In this document: positions 30,641 to 40,034 of the stretch, piece after piece | Layout of the letters: every line of letters begins with the position of its first letter | Numbering within the stretch: position 1 is the stretch's first letter | Origin: Vicinamibacterales bacterium | GTDB lineage: Bacteria; Acidobacteriota; Vicinamibacteria; Vicinamibacterales; UBA2999 | NCBI GenBank assembly: GCA_035495795.1 | Contig: DATJFF010000163.1 | Span: 43,114 to 107,113, forward strand | Reading direction: 5' to 3' | DNA: 64,000 nucleotides | Notes under the pieces: generated by a model | What the model saw: only the letters and a program-made list of their open reading frames with translations | Told to the model about the DNA's origin: nothing | Database searches by the model: none | Program-made: the position numbers and the translations under genes

Positions 30641-31135
30641 CTATTCCATCCAGCGCGTGGGCGCGACGACGCCGACCCGCGTGTTGATCGAGAGGTGGGT
30701 ACCGATGAGGTCGTCCCGCCCGGCCGCCGCCTGGTCGAAGATGCGCTTGTGCTCGAGCATCTCGCCGAGCACGACGTTCAGCATCCGCTGGTGGCGCGCG
30801 TGCGTCACCGTTTCGACCTTCGCCTTCCAGGTGTCGACGAACTGCTGGTTGGCGCGAGCGTCCTCGGCTGCCAGGGTCTGCCAGCCGGCCGCGCCGCCGG
30901 GCACTGTCACCGCCGGCCGGGCCGGATCCGCCGGAATCGAACCGCCGACGTCGAGCAGCGCATGCTGCACCCAGTAGACGTGGGTCTCTTCGCGACTGAT
31001 GACGTACTGGTAGGCGTTGTTAGCGTCGTAGGCGCTCACGTGACGCGCCACCTCTTCGTGACGGATCAGCAGCGCCAGACGCGCCAGGTAGAAATCGCGG
31101 AGCAGGTGCTGGAGCTCGCCGCTGACGTTGGTCAC
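30641..31135 (-). CDS. hypothetical helical protein
   Basis: Start set to the GTG at 31135 (GTGA overlap with the dksA-like stop). 164 aa with no recognisable motif. Confidence 0.5.
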   Translation of the reverse strand: MTNVSGELQHLLRDFYLARLALLIRHEEVARHVSAYDANNAYQYVISREETHVYWVQHALLDVGGSIPADPARPAVTVPGGAAGWQTLAAEDARANQQFVDTWKAKVETVTHARHQRMLNVVLGEMLEHKRIFDQAAAGRDDLIGTHLSINTRVGVVAPTRWME

Positions 31136-31470
31136 GCCTTCTGCTTCTCCTTGCAGGTGATGCACACCCGCGTCCACGGGATGGCGTTCAGCCGGGCCTC
31201 GGCGATCGGCTCGCCACAGTCGCGGCAGATGCCGTAGGTGCCCTTCTCGATGCGGACCAGTGCCTCGTCGATGGCCTGGAGGATCTTTGCGTCGGTCTGC
31301 TTCAGTCGCAGATGGATGTGCACTTCGTTGTTGCCAGCGGCCTGGTCGGCCATGTCGCCCTGCCGCCCGGTGTTGTGCTCCATCTGCTGCTGGAGGGGTT
31401 TGAGGCCGGCCGCCTGGGTCAACTCCGCCCGCTTGCGCTGCAGCGACTCCTTATAGACCGAAACGTTCAT
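31132..31470 (-). CDS. DksA/TraR-family C4-type zinc-finger protein
   Basis: C-terminal CRDCGEPIAEARLNAIPWTRVCITC four-Cys zinc finger preceded by a coiled-coil region. Confidence 0.8.
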   Translation of the reverse strand: MNVSVYKESLQRKRAELTQAAGLKPLQQQMEHNTGRQGDMADQAAGNNEVHIHLRLKQTDAKILQAIDEALVRIEKGTYGICRDCGEPIAEARLNAIPWTRVCITCKEKQKA

Positions 31471-31540
31471 CGACTAGCTACTCCCTGTGCGGCCCCCGGG
31501 GAGGGGCACCAACAGTTAAGTTTACCACGCAGGGGTAGGG

Positions 31541-31616
31541 GGAGGTGCGACAGGTGCCGCTGCGGGAGGTGCGACGGGTGCGGCAGGTGCCGGTGCGAAG
31601 GTGCGACGGGTGCACA
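31541..31616 (-). repeat. about 9 octamer-like units (GGTGCGAC / AGGTGCC on the plus strand)
   Basis: GGAGGTGCGACAGGTGC at 31541, GGAGGTGCGACGGGTGC at 31565, GAAGGTGCGACGGGTGC at 31597. GGTGC recurs about every 8 nt. Lies between the permease stop (31634-31636) and the dksA-like start (31470). Confidence 0.8.
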
Positions 31617-31633
31617 GGAGCGGAAGGTGTTCT

Positions 31634-34216
31634 CTACTCGGCACGGAGCGTCGAGAGCGGTTTGCGCTGGAGGACGTCCCAGCTGGCGCCGATGCCGACG
31701 GCGGCCACGAGCAGCGCAGTGGCCGCTACGCCGCCGATCGTGACCAGCGGCAGCCACCGGAACGGGATGTTCAACGCAAACCGGCTGATCCCCCAGGTGA
31801 GCCCGGCCGCGCCGGCGGCGCCAATCGCGCCCGCCAGCGTGCCCAGCAGGCCGTATTCAAGCAGCAGCACCGTGGTGATGAGCCGCCGGGTCGCGCCGAG
31901 CGTCTTGAAGATGGCCGCTTCGTAGATGCGCCGGAACTTGGTCATGGCGACCGCACCGATGAGGATCAGCAGGCCGCTCAGCACGACGAGCGAACCGACG
32001 ACGGTCACCGCGAGCGTGACGTTGTCCACCACCTTCTTGATCGCCTGCAGGATCTCCCGGCCGTCGATGACCGAGACGTTCGGTGCGACGCCGACGAGCT
32101 CGGCCTGAAGCAGCCCGCGGGTCGTGGCCTCAGCGGGGCCGCGGAAGAAGGCGATCGATCCATGCGGCGCCTGGTCCAGTACGCCGGGCCGGAACACGAA
32201 CATGAACCCGCCGGCGCGACTGTCGGACCACTCCACGTGGCGGACGCTGGTCACTCGCGCATCGATGGAGCGGCCGAGCACGTCGAAGCGCATCGTGTCG
32301 CCGACGTTGATCCTGAAGCGGGTGTGAATGCTCTCCTCGATCGACACCTCGGCGCCGCCGGCTTCGGCGTTCTGGGTTCGAGGTTCGGGGTTCGGGGTTC
32401 CCGATTTGGGGTTCTGGTCATTCCAGAACTTCCCCGCTATGACGCGCTCGTTCCGCTCCAGTTCCGGCCTGTAGGTGACCGTGTATTCGCGCGCGAGCGA
32501 GCCTCGCCCGCGAACGTCCTCGTAGTTCTCCAGCTGGATCTCGCGTCCCTCGACCCCGATCACCCGCGCGCGCAGGACCGGGAGGAGCCGCGGCGGCGCG
32601 GTTCCTGGATCCTGCCTCGCGATTACCGTCTGCCGGACGGCCTCGACCTGGTCGGCCTGCACGTCCAGCAGGAACATGTCGGGCGCGTCGGGTGACGTGT
32701 CCACGGCGAACTCGGAGATGAGGTTCTGCTGGAGCGATCGGACCCCGAGAATGAAGAAGCTGCCCAGGCCGACGGCGAGCAGCACGATGCGCACCTGGCT
32801 GCCGGGACGGCTCAACTGCAGCACCGCGTGACGCAGCGCGAACCAGCGCGATCGCGACAACGGCTTGATCAGCCGAACCAGCAGCGATCCCGCAAGGTGA
32901 AGCGCAACTGTCGTCACCGCCAGCCCGATCGTAACGACCAGTCCGACCCGCCAGGATCCCGCCTGCCAGACCGTGAGGAGGACGAGGCAGATCATGACCG
33001 CGGCAATCGCGACCCGCTGCGCCCAATCCAGCGTGCCCAGGTCGGATTGATCGCGCAGCAGCCGCGACGGCTTGACGTGGCGGATTTCGAGCAGCGGGAC
33101 GATCGCGAACAGCACGGAAATCGTGACGCCGATCGCCAGGCCCTGGAGCGCCGCACCAGGCGTGACGACGTAGTGCACGTCGAGCCCGTTCACTCCCGCA
33201 GGCAGGAGGATCGGAACCGCGGCGACTGCGGCCGCAGCCAGCGCGATGCCCAGGCCACTGCCGGCGATGCCGAGCAGCACGACCTGCGCCAGGTAGACGG
33301 CGAGCAGCTGCGACGACCGGGCACCGATGCACTTCAGCACCGCAATGCTCTTGATCTTCTGTTGTACGAACACGCGCGTCACGCTCGACACGCCGATGCC
33401 GCCGAGGATGACGATGACGAGTCCGACCAGGCTCAGGTAGTCCTCGGCGCGGGCGAAGTCCTCGCCGATGTCGTCCTCGGTGGTCTTGTAGGAACGGACA
33501 CGCGCGAACTGGTTCGCGAAATCACCGCGGAGCGACGAGACCAGCTTGTCGAGCGTCGCGTCCGGCGCCTTGATCAGCCGCTGATACGAGGCGCGGGTCC
33601 CGAAACCCAGCAGCCCTGCCTGCTGCAGCCCGGCGAACGACACGAACACGCGCGGGCCGAAGCTGAAAGCGCCCAGCCGCCGGCCCGGCTCGCTCTCGAT
33701 CAACCCACGAATCTCGAAACGCTGCCGGCCGATCAGCAGCGCGTCGCCGACGTTGACGCCGAGCTGTGCCTGGAGCTCCGGTCGAATCAACGCCCCGTTG
33801 TCGCCCAGCAATTCCGGCGTGAACGGCGCATCCCCGACCAGGACCATGCTCCCGTAGAACGGGAAGCCGGGCTCAACGGCCTTCAGCTCCACCATCCTCG
33901 TCCGCCCGTCACTGCGATCCGCCGCCCGCACCATCGTCGCCATCTCGATCGATTGGATGCTGGTCGCGCCGGCATCCCGCAGGCGGCCGTCGACGGCAGC
34001 GGCAAGCTCTGGCTTCAGAGGTTGGTTGCTCGTCACGATCGCATCGGCGGTAATCAGGGCGCGCGCTTCGCCGGCGAAGGTCTGCCTGACGCTCTGGATG
34101 ACGGAGCGGAGCGCGACAATCGCGCCGACGCCGACGGCGATGCACAGGAAGAAGAACAGCAGGCGTCGCCACGACGTCCGCAGCTCACGGGCGATCATGC
34201 GGGTGATGAAGGTCAT
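31634..34216 (-). CDS. FtsX-like ABC transporter permease, fused double module (YbbP-like)
   Basis: 860 aa with two FtsX-type 4-TM modules. ATGA overlap with the upstream ATPase gene. Confidence 0.85.
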   Translation of the reverse strand: MTFITRMIARELRTSWRRLLFFFLCIAVGVGAIVALRSVIQSVRQTFAGEARALITADAIVTSNQPLKPELAAAVDGRLRDAGATSIQSIEMATMVRAADRSDGRTRMVELKAVEPGFPFYGSMVLVGDAPFTPELLGDNGALIRPELQAQLGVNVGDALLIGRQRFEIRGLIESEPGRRLGAFSFGPRVFVSFAGLQQAGLLGFGTRASYQRLIKAPDATLDKLVSSLRGDFANQFARVRSYKTTEDDIGEDFARAEDYLSLVGLVIVILGGIGVSSVTRVFVQQKIKSIAVLKCIGARSSQLLAVYLAQVVLLGIAGSGLGIALAAAAVAAVPILLPAGVNGLDVHYVVTPGAALQGLAIGVTISVLFAIVPLLEIRHVKPSRLLRDQSDLGTLDWAQRVAIAAVMICLVLLTVWQAGSWRVGLVVTIGLAVTTVALHLAGSLLVRLIKPLSRSRWFALRHAVLQLSRPGSQVRIVLLAVGLGSFFILGVRSLQQNLISEFAVDTSPDAPDMFLLDVQADQVEAVRQTVIARQDPGTAPPRLLPVLRARVIGVEGREIQLENYEDVRGRGSLAREYTVTYRPELERNERVIAGKFWNDQNPKSGTPNPEPRTQNAEAGGAEVSIEESIHTRFRINVGDTMRFDVLGRSIDARVTSVRHVEWSDSRAGGFMFVFRPGVLDQAPHGSIAFFRGPAEATTRGLLQAELVGVAPNVSVIDGREILQAIKKVVDNVTLAVTVVGSLVVLSGLLILIGAVAMTKFRRIYEAAIFKTLGATRRLITTVLLLEYGLLGTLAGAIGAAGAAGLTWGISRFALNIPFRWLPLVTIGGVAATALLVAAVGIGASWDVLQRKPLSTLRAE
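32366..32414 (-). repeat. heptamer tandem array (GGGGTTC-like, 7 units) inside the permease CDS
   Basis: GGCGTTC TGGGTTC GAGGTTC GGGGTTC GGGGTTC CCGATTT GGGGTTC. In gene sense it encodes NPKSGTP NPEPRTQ NAEAGGA. Confidence 0.8.
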
Positions 34217-34902
34217 CGGCCCGCCACCGTCCCGACGTGATCTTCGGTCACGGCCCGCCCGTCGCGGAGCATCAGCCGTGCGTCCGCGACTGCCGCGACG
34301 CTGGCGTCGTGCGTGACGATCACCAGCGTCACCCGGCGCGTGTGCCGGACGTGCATCAGGAGATCGAGAATGTGCCGTCCGTTCGTGCTATCGAGGTTGC
34401 CGGTCGGCTCGTCGGCCAGCACCAGCGGTGGGTCGTTGGCCAGCGCCCGCGCGATTGCGACCCGCTGCTGCTCGCCGCCCGAAAGCTGCGACGGGTAGTG
34501 ATGCCCGCGATCGTGGAGGCCGACCTCGTCGAGCAGCGCCTGGGCGCGCGCGGCGGCGTCGGCGCGCCCGGCGATCTCCATCGGCACCTGGATGTTCTCG
34601 AGCGCCGTCAGCGACGGCACGAGGTGGAAGAACTGGAAGACGAAGCCGATCTTCTCGCCCCGCAGACCCGCCAGCGCGTCCTCGTCGAGCTTCGTGATGT
34701 CCACGCCGTCGATGTGAATCTCTCCTGACGTCGGTGCGTCGAGGCCGGCAATCAGGCCGAGCAGAGTGGATTTGCCGCTGCCCGACGGCCCGATGATTGC
34801 CAGGCACTGCCCGTCGGGCACGTCGATCGTGAGCGGATGCAGGATGGTGAGCGGCGCGTCGCCGCTCTGCACGGTCTTGCTGACGCCTCGAAGCGCGATC
34901 AT
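34213..34902 (-). CDS. ABC transporter ATP-binding protein (YbbA/LolD-like)
   Basis: Walker [10 protein letters not shown], signature LSGGEQQR and Walker [13 protein letters not shown]. Confidence 0.92.
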   Translation of the reverse strand: MIALRGVSKTVQSGDAPLTILHPLTIDVPDGQCLAIIGPSGSGKSTLLGLIAGLDAPTSGEIHIDGVDITKLDEDALAGLRGEKIGFVFQFFHLVPSLTALENIQVPMEIAGRADAAARAQALLDEVGLHDRGHHYPSQLSGGEQQRVAIARALANDPPLVLADEPTGNLDSTNGRHILDLLMHVRHTRRVTLVIVTHDASVAAVADARLMLRDGRAVTEDHVGTVAGR

Positions 34903-35621
34903 GAAGTCCCGGCGGCCGAGAGGATCGGTTCCAGCGCCTTCCAGACCGTGTCAGCGACTCGCCGCGCTCCCTCGGGATTGGGGTGGATGCCGTCCGCCTG
35001 GTTGAGCGAGGGATCTCCGGCAACACCCTCGAGCAGAAATGGAATCAGCGGCACATGGTAGGTGCGCGCGAGATCGGGATACACCTGGCGGAACTTCGCC
35101 GTGTAGTCCGGACCGTTATTGGGCGGCGCCTCCATGCCGGCGAGAATGACTGCTACGCCGCTACCCTGCGCGCGCTCGATGATCGCCGCCAGGTTCTTCT
35201 TCAGATCGTCGGGCGGCAGGCCGCGCAATCCATCGTTTCCGCCAAGGGCGATGACGAGCACGCGGGCATGTCCCTGCATCGACCACTCGAACCGGCGCAG
35301 TCCGCCGGCTGATGTATCACCCGACACGCCGGCGTTGACGACGGCGAACTTCAGCCCTCGCTCGTCGAGCCGCTGCTGGATCAGCGCCGGAAAGCTCAAG
35401 TCCTCGCGCAACCCGAGCCCGGCGGTCAGGCTGTCCCCGAGGAACACCACTTCTGGCCGGTCATCCTGGACCGCGGCGGGTACCGGCGTCGGCGCCGGGG
35501 CGACAGCAGGAGGCGCCGCAACTGGAGGAGCCGGCGCGGGCGCGTCAGCTCCCGGCGTCGAACACGCCTGAGAACCAGCCAACGCCACCGCAGCCGCAAG
35601 AATCAGAAAGGAGTGCCGCAC
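34899..35621 (-). CDS. SGNH/GDSL arylesterase-thioesterase (TesA-like), probable lipoprotein
   Basis: Lipobox LAGSQAC. VVFLGDSLTAG (block I), GGNDGLR (block III) and DGIHPN (block V). Confidence 0.85.
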   Translation of the reverse strand: MRHSFLILAAAVALAGSQACSTPGADAPAPAPPVAAPPAVAPAPTPVPAAVQDDRPEVVFLGDSLTAGLGLREDLSFPALIQQRLDERGLKFAVVNAGVSGDTSAGGLRRFEWSMQGHARVLVIALGGNDGLRGLPPDDLKKNLAAIIERAQGSGVAVILAGMEAPPNNGPDYTAKFRQVYPDLARTYHVPLIPFLLEGVAGDPSLNQADGIHPNPEGARRVADTVWKALEPILSAAGTS

Positions 35622-35670
35622 GAACTTCGTACCTGATTATACGAAGGACGCGCGGTGCCGGGTCCGGGCC

Positions 35671-36423
35671 TCAGCTGACGGCGATCACGAGCGCGGTCGC
35701 ATTGTCGCTGGTCCGCCTCGACAGCGCCTCTTCGACCAGCGCGCTCGCAATCTGATCCGCTGTCCCGCCGCGCCGAACGACCTCGGCAATCGCCGCGGCA
35801 TCGAGGCGGCCATGGATACCGTCCGTGCACAGCACGAAGAGATCTCCAGCCTCGAGCTGCTCTTCGCGGGCTTCAGGGTGCAGGTCTTCGCGCGTGCCGA
35901 CGACGCTCGTCAGGACGTGCTTGAGCGGATGGTTCGACATCGCGCGGTCATCATCGGCTACGCCGACGACGGCCGACAGCCAGGTGTCGTCGCTCGTCAA
36001 CTGCTCGAGCTCGCCATTCCGGAACCGGTAAATGCGGCTGTCCCCTACCCCCACCAGGACGGCCTGGTCGCCACGAGCGAGGATGGCCACCACCGTCGTG
36101 CCCATTCCCTCCATCGCCACGTTGTTGCATCCGCCGTCGTAGACCCTGCGGTTCGCGAGCCTGACCGCGGTGAGCAGGCGGTTGACATCGATCGAGGACC
36201 CGGCCTCGTACGGGAATGGCCAGGTCTGCTCCTGCCCGTCCCGGGTTTCGCGGACGAACTGGCGAATCGACTCGGTGGCCATCCGGGATGCGACTTCCCC
36301 GGCATTGTGGCCGCCCATCCCGTCCGCGACGACGAAAAGGCCCAGATCGAGGTCCCACTCGAGCCAGTCCTGGTTCATGGTCCGGGGTCCCGTCTCGCTC
36401 CGGCCTCCCGCATTCAAGGTCAT
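35671..36423 (-). CDS. PP2C-family Ser/Thr protein phosphatase
   Basis: RTMNQDW, FVVADGMGGHNAGEVAS and LCTDG motifs. Confidence 0.85.
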   Translation of the reverse strand: MTLNAGGRSETGPRTMNQDWLEWDLDLGLFVVADGMGGHNAGEVASRMATESIRQFVRETRDGQEQTWPFPYEAGSSIDVNRLLTAVRLANRRVYDGGCNNVAMEGMGTTVVAILARGDQAVLVGVGDSRIYRFRNGELEQLTSDDTWLSAVVGVADDDRAMSNHPLKHVLTSVVGTREDLHPEAREEQLEAGDLFVLCTDGIHGRLDAAAIAEVVRRGGTADQIASALVEEALSRRTSDNATALVIAVS

Positions 36424-36448
36424 TGGTGGCGCGCCAATTTTATGAAGA

Positions 36449-39409
36449 GTGGATACTTGGTATACTCAACCGGTGCTTAGTGTTCAGCTGCAACCTGTGC
36501 TGGCCCGGGCTGCGGTGGCCATCGACCGCGGCCAAGCCACCACAGCGGTTGACCAGCTGGCACCCGTGCTCCGCAACACCGCATCGCTCACCCGAACCGA
36601 CGAACTCGCCATCCGCGCCGTCCTTGCCGAAGCCTACCTGCTGCTCGGTGATCTCACGCAAGCGGCCACCGCCGTCGGGCGCTCGCCCGACACCATCCGC
36701 GAACCGGTTCCGCCAGTCATTCTCTCAAATCTTTGGCGCGCGCATGGCCGCGTCGCGTTCGCGCGCGGCGAGCAGTCCCGCGCGATTGCGCTTCACAGCC
36801 GCGCCCTGAAACAGGCCGAGACCGCGCACGACTCGCGCGCGATCGGACTCGCCCACTTCTGCCTCGGGCAGTGCTACCGCAAGGTCGGCGATCTCTCGAT
36901 CGTCCGCGAGCATATCGCGGAAGCAGCCGCCGCATTGCACGCTGCCGGCGATCGACGGTACCTCGCCCAGGTCCACTCGCTGTCGGCGACCATGCTGGCG
37001 CAGGCCGGCCGCTACGACGAAGCGGCCTCGGCCCTGCGCCAGGCCGAGAGCCTCGCCACCGCCATTCAGGCCGACGACGTGCTCGCCATGGTCTACGGGA
37101 ACCAGGCGAATGTGGCGCTGATCCGTCACCGGTACGATCAGGCGCTGGCCCTCGCCGAGCGGGCCGTCGCCGTGCACGAGGGCATCGGCCAGGGCCCGGG
37201 CCTCTCGCGATCGCTCGCCACGCTCGGCCAGATTTGCGTTCGCCTCGGCCATCTCGAGCGCGCCGACGCGGTCCTGCATCGCGCGCTCGACGTCCGGACC
37301 GCGGTGCAGTTCCACGAGACCACCGGCGCGGTGTACGACACGCTCGCGCAGATGTCGCTGATGCGCGGCGACTACGAGCATGCGGCGGAGTACCTGCGGC
37401 GCGCCGCCGATGCGTTCGGCGCGTACGGGCGCAACACGAGCCGGTGGTACGAGTGGTCGCTGCGGGTGATTTCCGCCCGGCTTGCGACGCGCCGCGGCCG
37501 TCCTGACGACGCGCTCGGCATCGCCGATGAGATCGCCCGCTCGCCGGCGGCGCCGCCGGCCGAGACGATCGAAGCGGAGCTGATCGCCGCCGAGGCGCTG
37601 CTGTCCGCCGAGCGGGTCGACGAGGCCGAGCATCGTCTTCTGCAGGTCGAGAGCCGGTTGGATCCGCGGACCACGCCTGGCGCGTGGGGCGAGTTCCTCC
37701 GCCTGCGCGGGAGCCTCCGTGCCAAGCAGGCCCGCGCCACCGAGGCGTACCACGACATCGCCCAGAGCTCGAGTGTCTTCGAGCTGGTCGGCGAACGCTA
37801 TCAGTCGGCGGTCAGCCAGCTGGCGCTCGCCCGCCTGGCTGCCAGCGCCGGCGCCAAGTCCACGTCGGATCGCCACTACAGCTACGCCGCGCAGGTGTTC
37901 CAGGCGCTCGGCGCGACGCGCGATCTCGAGGAAGTCCGGGCTGCGATGAACGTCCCGCCGTCAGTGGGCACCGGCGAGTACGTCGGCTCGCCGGCCGACG
38001 CCGACGATGCCCTGGTCAAGCGGCTCGTCGACGCCGCGGTGCTGCCCGATCTGCTCGCCCGCGAGCTGGCCACCGCGATGCTCGAGGCCGTGGGCGCTGA
38101 CATCACCGTGGTCTTCGTGCAGCTGCCGGGCGGTGATGTCCGGGTCGTATCGTTTGCGGGCTCGGACATGGAAGGAGCCCGCAGTGTCGCGCGCCTTGCG
38201 GTAGCCGGCGCGAGCTACGGGCCCGGCGTCCTGTTGCTGGAACCGGTCGGACGCGACACGGACGGCCCGCGCTCCGTGGCGATCGCCTCGTCGCGCCCGG
38301 CGGGCCATCCGGTCCTGCGGCGGGTCCGGATGATGGCCGCCGTCGCCCGGCAGGGCTTCGACCTCTGCGGCGCCCGCGAGCACGGCGGCGCGCCGGCGGA
38401 TCCGATCATCACCGAGCGTCCGCTCGAGCCGCTGCTTCCCGGATTCGTCTGCGCCAGCGGCGCGATGCACAAAGTCGTCGATCAAATCCAGCGGCTGCAG
38501 GGCAACGACCTCACGGTGCTGATCACCGGCGAGAGCGGAACAGGCAAGGAGCTGATCGCCCGCGCGATCCACGTCGGCTCGCCGCGGAGCGCCGCCACCT
38601 TCCTCCCCTACAACTGCACGACGACCACGCGCGAGCTCGCCGACAGCCAGCTGTTCGGGCACCGGCGCGGTTCGTTCACGGGGGCGGTCTCGGATCAACC
38701 AGGCCTGGTGCGGACCGCGGCCGGCGGGACGCTCTTCCTCGACGAAGTCGGCGATCTGCCGCTCGACGTGCAGCCGAAGCTGCTCCGCTTCCTCGAGCAG
38801 GGCGAGATCATGCCGGTCGGCGAGACGCGTCCCCAGCGCGTGGACGTCCGCGTCCTGGCGGCAACCAACGCGGATCTCGAACAGCGCGTTGCCGAAGGGA
38901 AATTCCGTGAAGATCTGTACTATCGTCTCAGCGTGATCCGCATCCACGTGCCGCCGCTCCGGCAACGGCGCGAGGAGATCCCGCACCTCAGCACCTACTT
39001 CCTGCGCGAAGCGTCGGATCGTCTCGGCAAGCCCGACGTGCAGCTTGGCTCCGACGTCCTCGAGCTCTTCGCGCAGTACTGGTGGCCTGGTAACGTCCGT
39101 CAACTGCGGAATGAGATTCAGCGCGCGGTGGCGATGGCCTCGCCGGGAGGGCTGGTCGGGCCGCAGCACCTCTCTGCGGATCTAACCGCCGCTCCCGCGT
39201 CCCGCATCGACACGCCGGGCGCGTCGCGGATCTCGTTGCGCGGAGGACAGACGCTGGCGTCGGTTGTCGACGACATCGAACGCGAACTGATTCGCGAGTC
39301 GTTGTCCCGTAACCGTGGGAACATCTCGGAAACCGCGCGCGCGCTCGGCCTCACGCGGCGGGGCCTGTACCTCAAACTCCGTCGCCTCGGTCTCGAAGGA
39401 CCTGCGTAA
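36449..39409 (+). CDS. sigma-54-dependent transcriptional activator with N-terminal TPR array and GAF-like domain
   Basis: AAA+ core VLITGESGTGKELIARAIH, GSFTGA (GAFTGA variant), FLDEVGDL, C-terminal Fis HTH NISETARALGLTRRGLYLKLRRLGL. The start is uncertain: the GTG at 36449 is only 25 nt from the divergent PP2C start, and the GTG at 36473 is an alternative. Confidence 0.85.
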   Translation: MDTWYTQPVLSVQLQPVLARAAVAIDRGQATTAVDQLAPVLRNTASLTRTDELAIRAVLAEAYLLLGDLTQAATAVGRSPDTIREPVPPVILSNLWRAHGRVAFARGEQSRAIALHSRALKQAETAHDSRAIGLAHFCLGQCYRKVGDLSIVREHIAEAAAALHAAGDRRYLAQVHSLSATMLAQAGRYDEAASALRQAESLATAIQADDVLAMVYGNQANVALIRHRYDQALALAERAVAVHEGIGQGPGLSRSLATLGQICVRLGHLERADAVLHRALDVRTAVQFHETTGAVYDTLAQMSLMRGDYEHAAEYLRRAADAFGAYGRNTSRWYEWSLRVISARLATRRGRPDDALGIADEIARSPAAPPAETIEAELIAAEALLSAERVDEAEHRLLQVESRLDPRTTPGAWGEFLRLRGSLRAKQARATEAYHDIAQSSSVFELVGERYQSAVSQLALARLAASAGAKSTSDRHYSYAAQVFQALGATRDLEEVRAAMNVPPSVGTGEYVGSPADADDALVKRLVDAAVLPDLLARELATAMLEAVGADITVVFVQLPGGDVRVVSFAGSDMEGARSVARLAVAGASYGPGVLLLEPVGRDTDGPRSVAIASSRPAGHPVLRRVRMMAAVARQGFDLCGAREHGGAPADPIITERPLEPLLPGFVCASGAMHKVVDQIQRLQGNDLTVLITGESGTGKELIARAIHVGSPRSAATFLPYNCTTTTRELADSQLFGHRRGSFTGAVSDQPGLVRTAAGGTLFLDEVGDLPLDVQPKLLRFLEQGEIMPVGETRPQRVDVRVLAATNADLEQRVAEGKFREDLYYRLSVIRIHVPPLRQRREEIPHLSTYFLREASDRLGKPDVQLGSDVLELFAQYWWPGNVRQLRNEIQRAVAMASPGGLVGPQHLSADLTAAPASRIDTPGASRISLRGGQTLASVVDDIERELIRESLSRNRGNISETARALGLTRRGLYLKLRRLGLEGPA

Positions 39410-39504
39410 TTGGTTACGAAGTAATCAATTTCGACATGCTCTGTATACCAGGTATCCTCGCCACTGCCGAGACAGTCTGTCCATAAAGTACCTTCGAATA
39501 CGTC

Positions 39505-39520
39505 AGGAGGGCCCTTTGCA
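39505..39520 (+). promoter_or_regulatory. weak candidate sigma-54 promoter (GG-N10-GC spacing, -12 TTTGCA)
   Basis: AGGAGGGCCCTTTGCA. GG at 39506-39507 and GC at 39518-39519 have the correct spacing, and the -12 element is good, but the -24 element is poor (AGGAGG versus TGGCAC). About 124 nt upstream of the 39644 ATG. Confidence 0.2.
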
Positions 39521-39643
39521 ACCTGACGCCGCACGATCCTGACTTGCGCGCAAAGGCGGCGTGGAACTTGGAATAGCCGGGGTGTCGGATCGTTCGTTGT
39601 TTCACCCGCGTGAAATGCGCCGTTCACCCTGGAGCCCGTCGTT

Positions 39644-40024
39644 ATGAACCACGCCACCGTCGCCAGCCTCGCCAGCACCCGTTCCTCCAGCCTGCCCGCC
39701 CGGCTCACCTGGAAAGACGCGAATGGGGCCATGCGCTTCACCTCTGTCAAAGCCAGCGACCTCACCGACACCGGCGTCGTCGTGGAATGCGAGAGTGCCG
39801 TGTCGCTGCCGCTGTATCGCCTGGTGCACCTGCAGGTCGAGAAGTCGGCCCGCGAGTGGGTGGAGTTGCCGCAGCCGCTCCGCGACGGACGCGTGCTGTC
39901 GGCGGTCTGGCAGGTCGCGCCGTGCAAGCCGTCCACCGGCACGCCCGGCGGATACGCGCTGCGATTCATGACGCCGCCGGCCCAGGCCTGCGACGCCGCC
40001 ACGATGCGCCGCCGGGCCTCCTAG
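39644..40024 (+). CDS. PilZ-like domain protein
   Basis: 126 aa. SDLTDTGVVVE resembles the PilZ DxSxxG block (Ser to Thr), and the beta-rich pattern fits. The RxxxR motif is degenerate (TRSSSLPAR). Confidence 0.4.
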   Translation: MNHATVASLASTRSSSLPARLTWKDANGAMRFTSVKASDLTDTGVVVECESAVSLPLYRLVHLQVEKSAREWVELPQPLRDGRVLSAVWQVAPCKPSTGTPGGYALRFMTPPAQACDAATMRRRAS

Positions 40025-40034
40025 AGGACCGGGG

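Noticed and set aside
35625-35646. A small hairpin CTTCGTA-N8-TACGAAG between the PP2C stop and the TesA-like start.
   Set aside because: The stem is only 7 bp and AT-rich, with no U-tract, so there is not enough evidence to call a terminator.
39555-39575. A second sigma-54-like string, TGGAACTTGGAATAGCC, upstream of the PilZ-like gene.
   Set aside because: The GG to GC spacing is off by one from the required GG-N10-GC, and the -12 region lacks TTGC.
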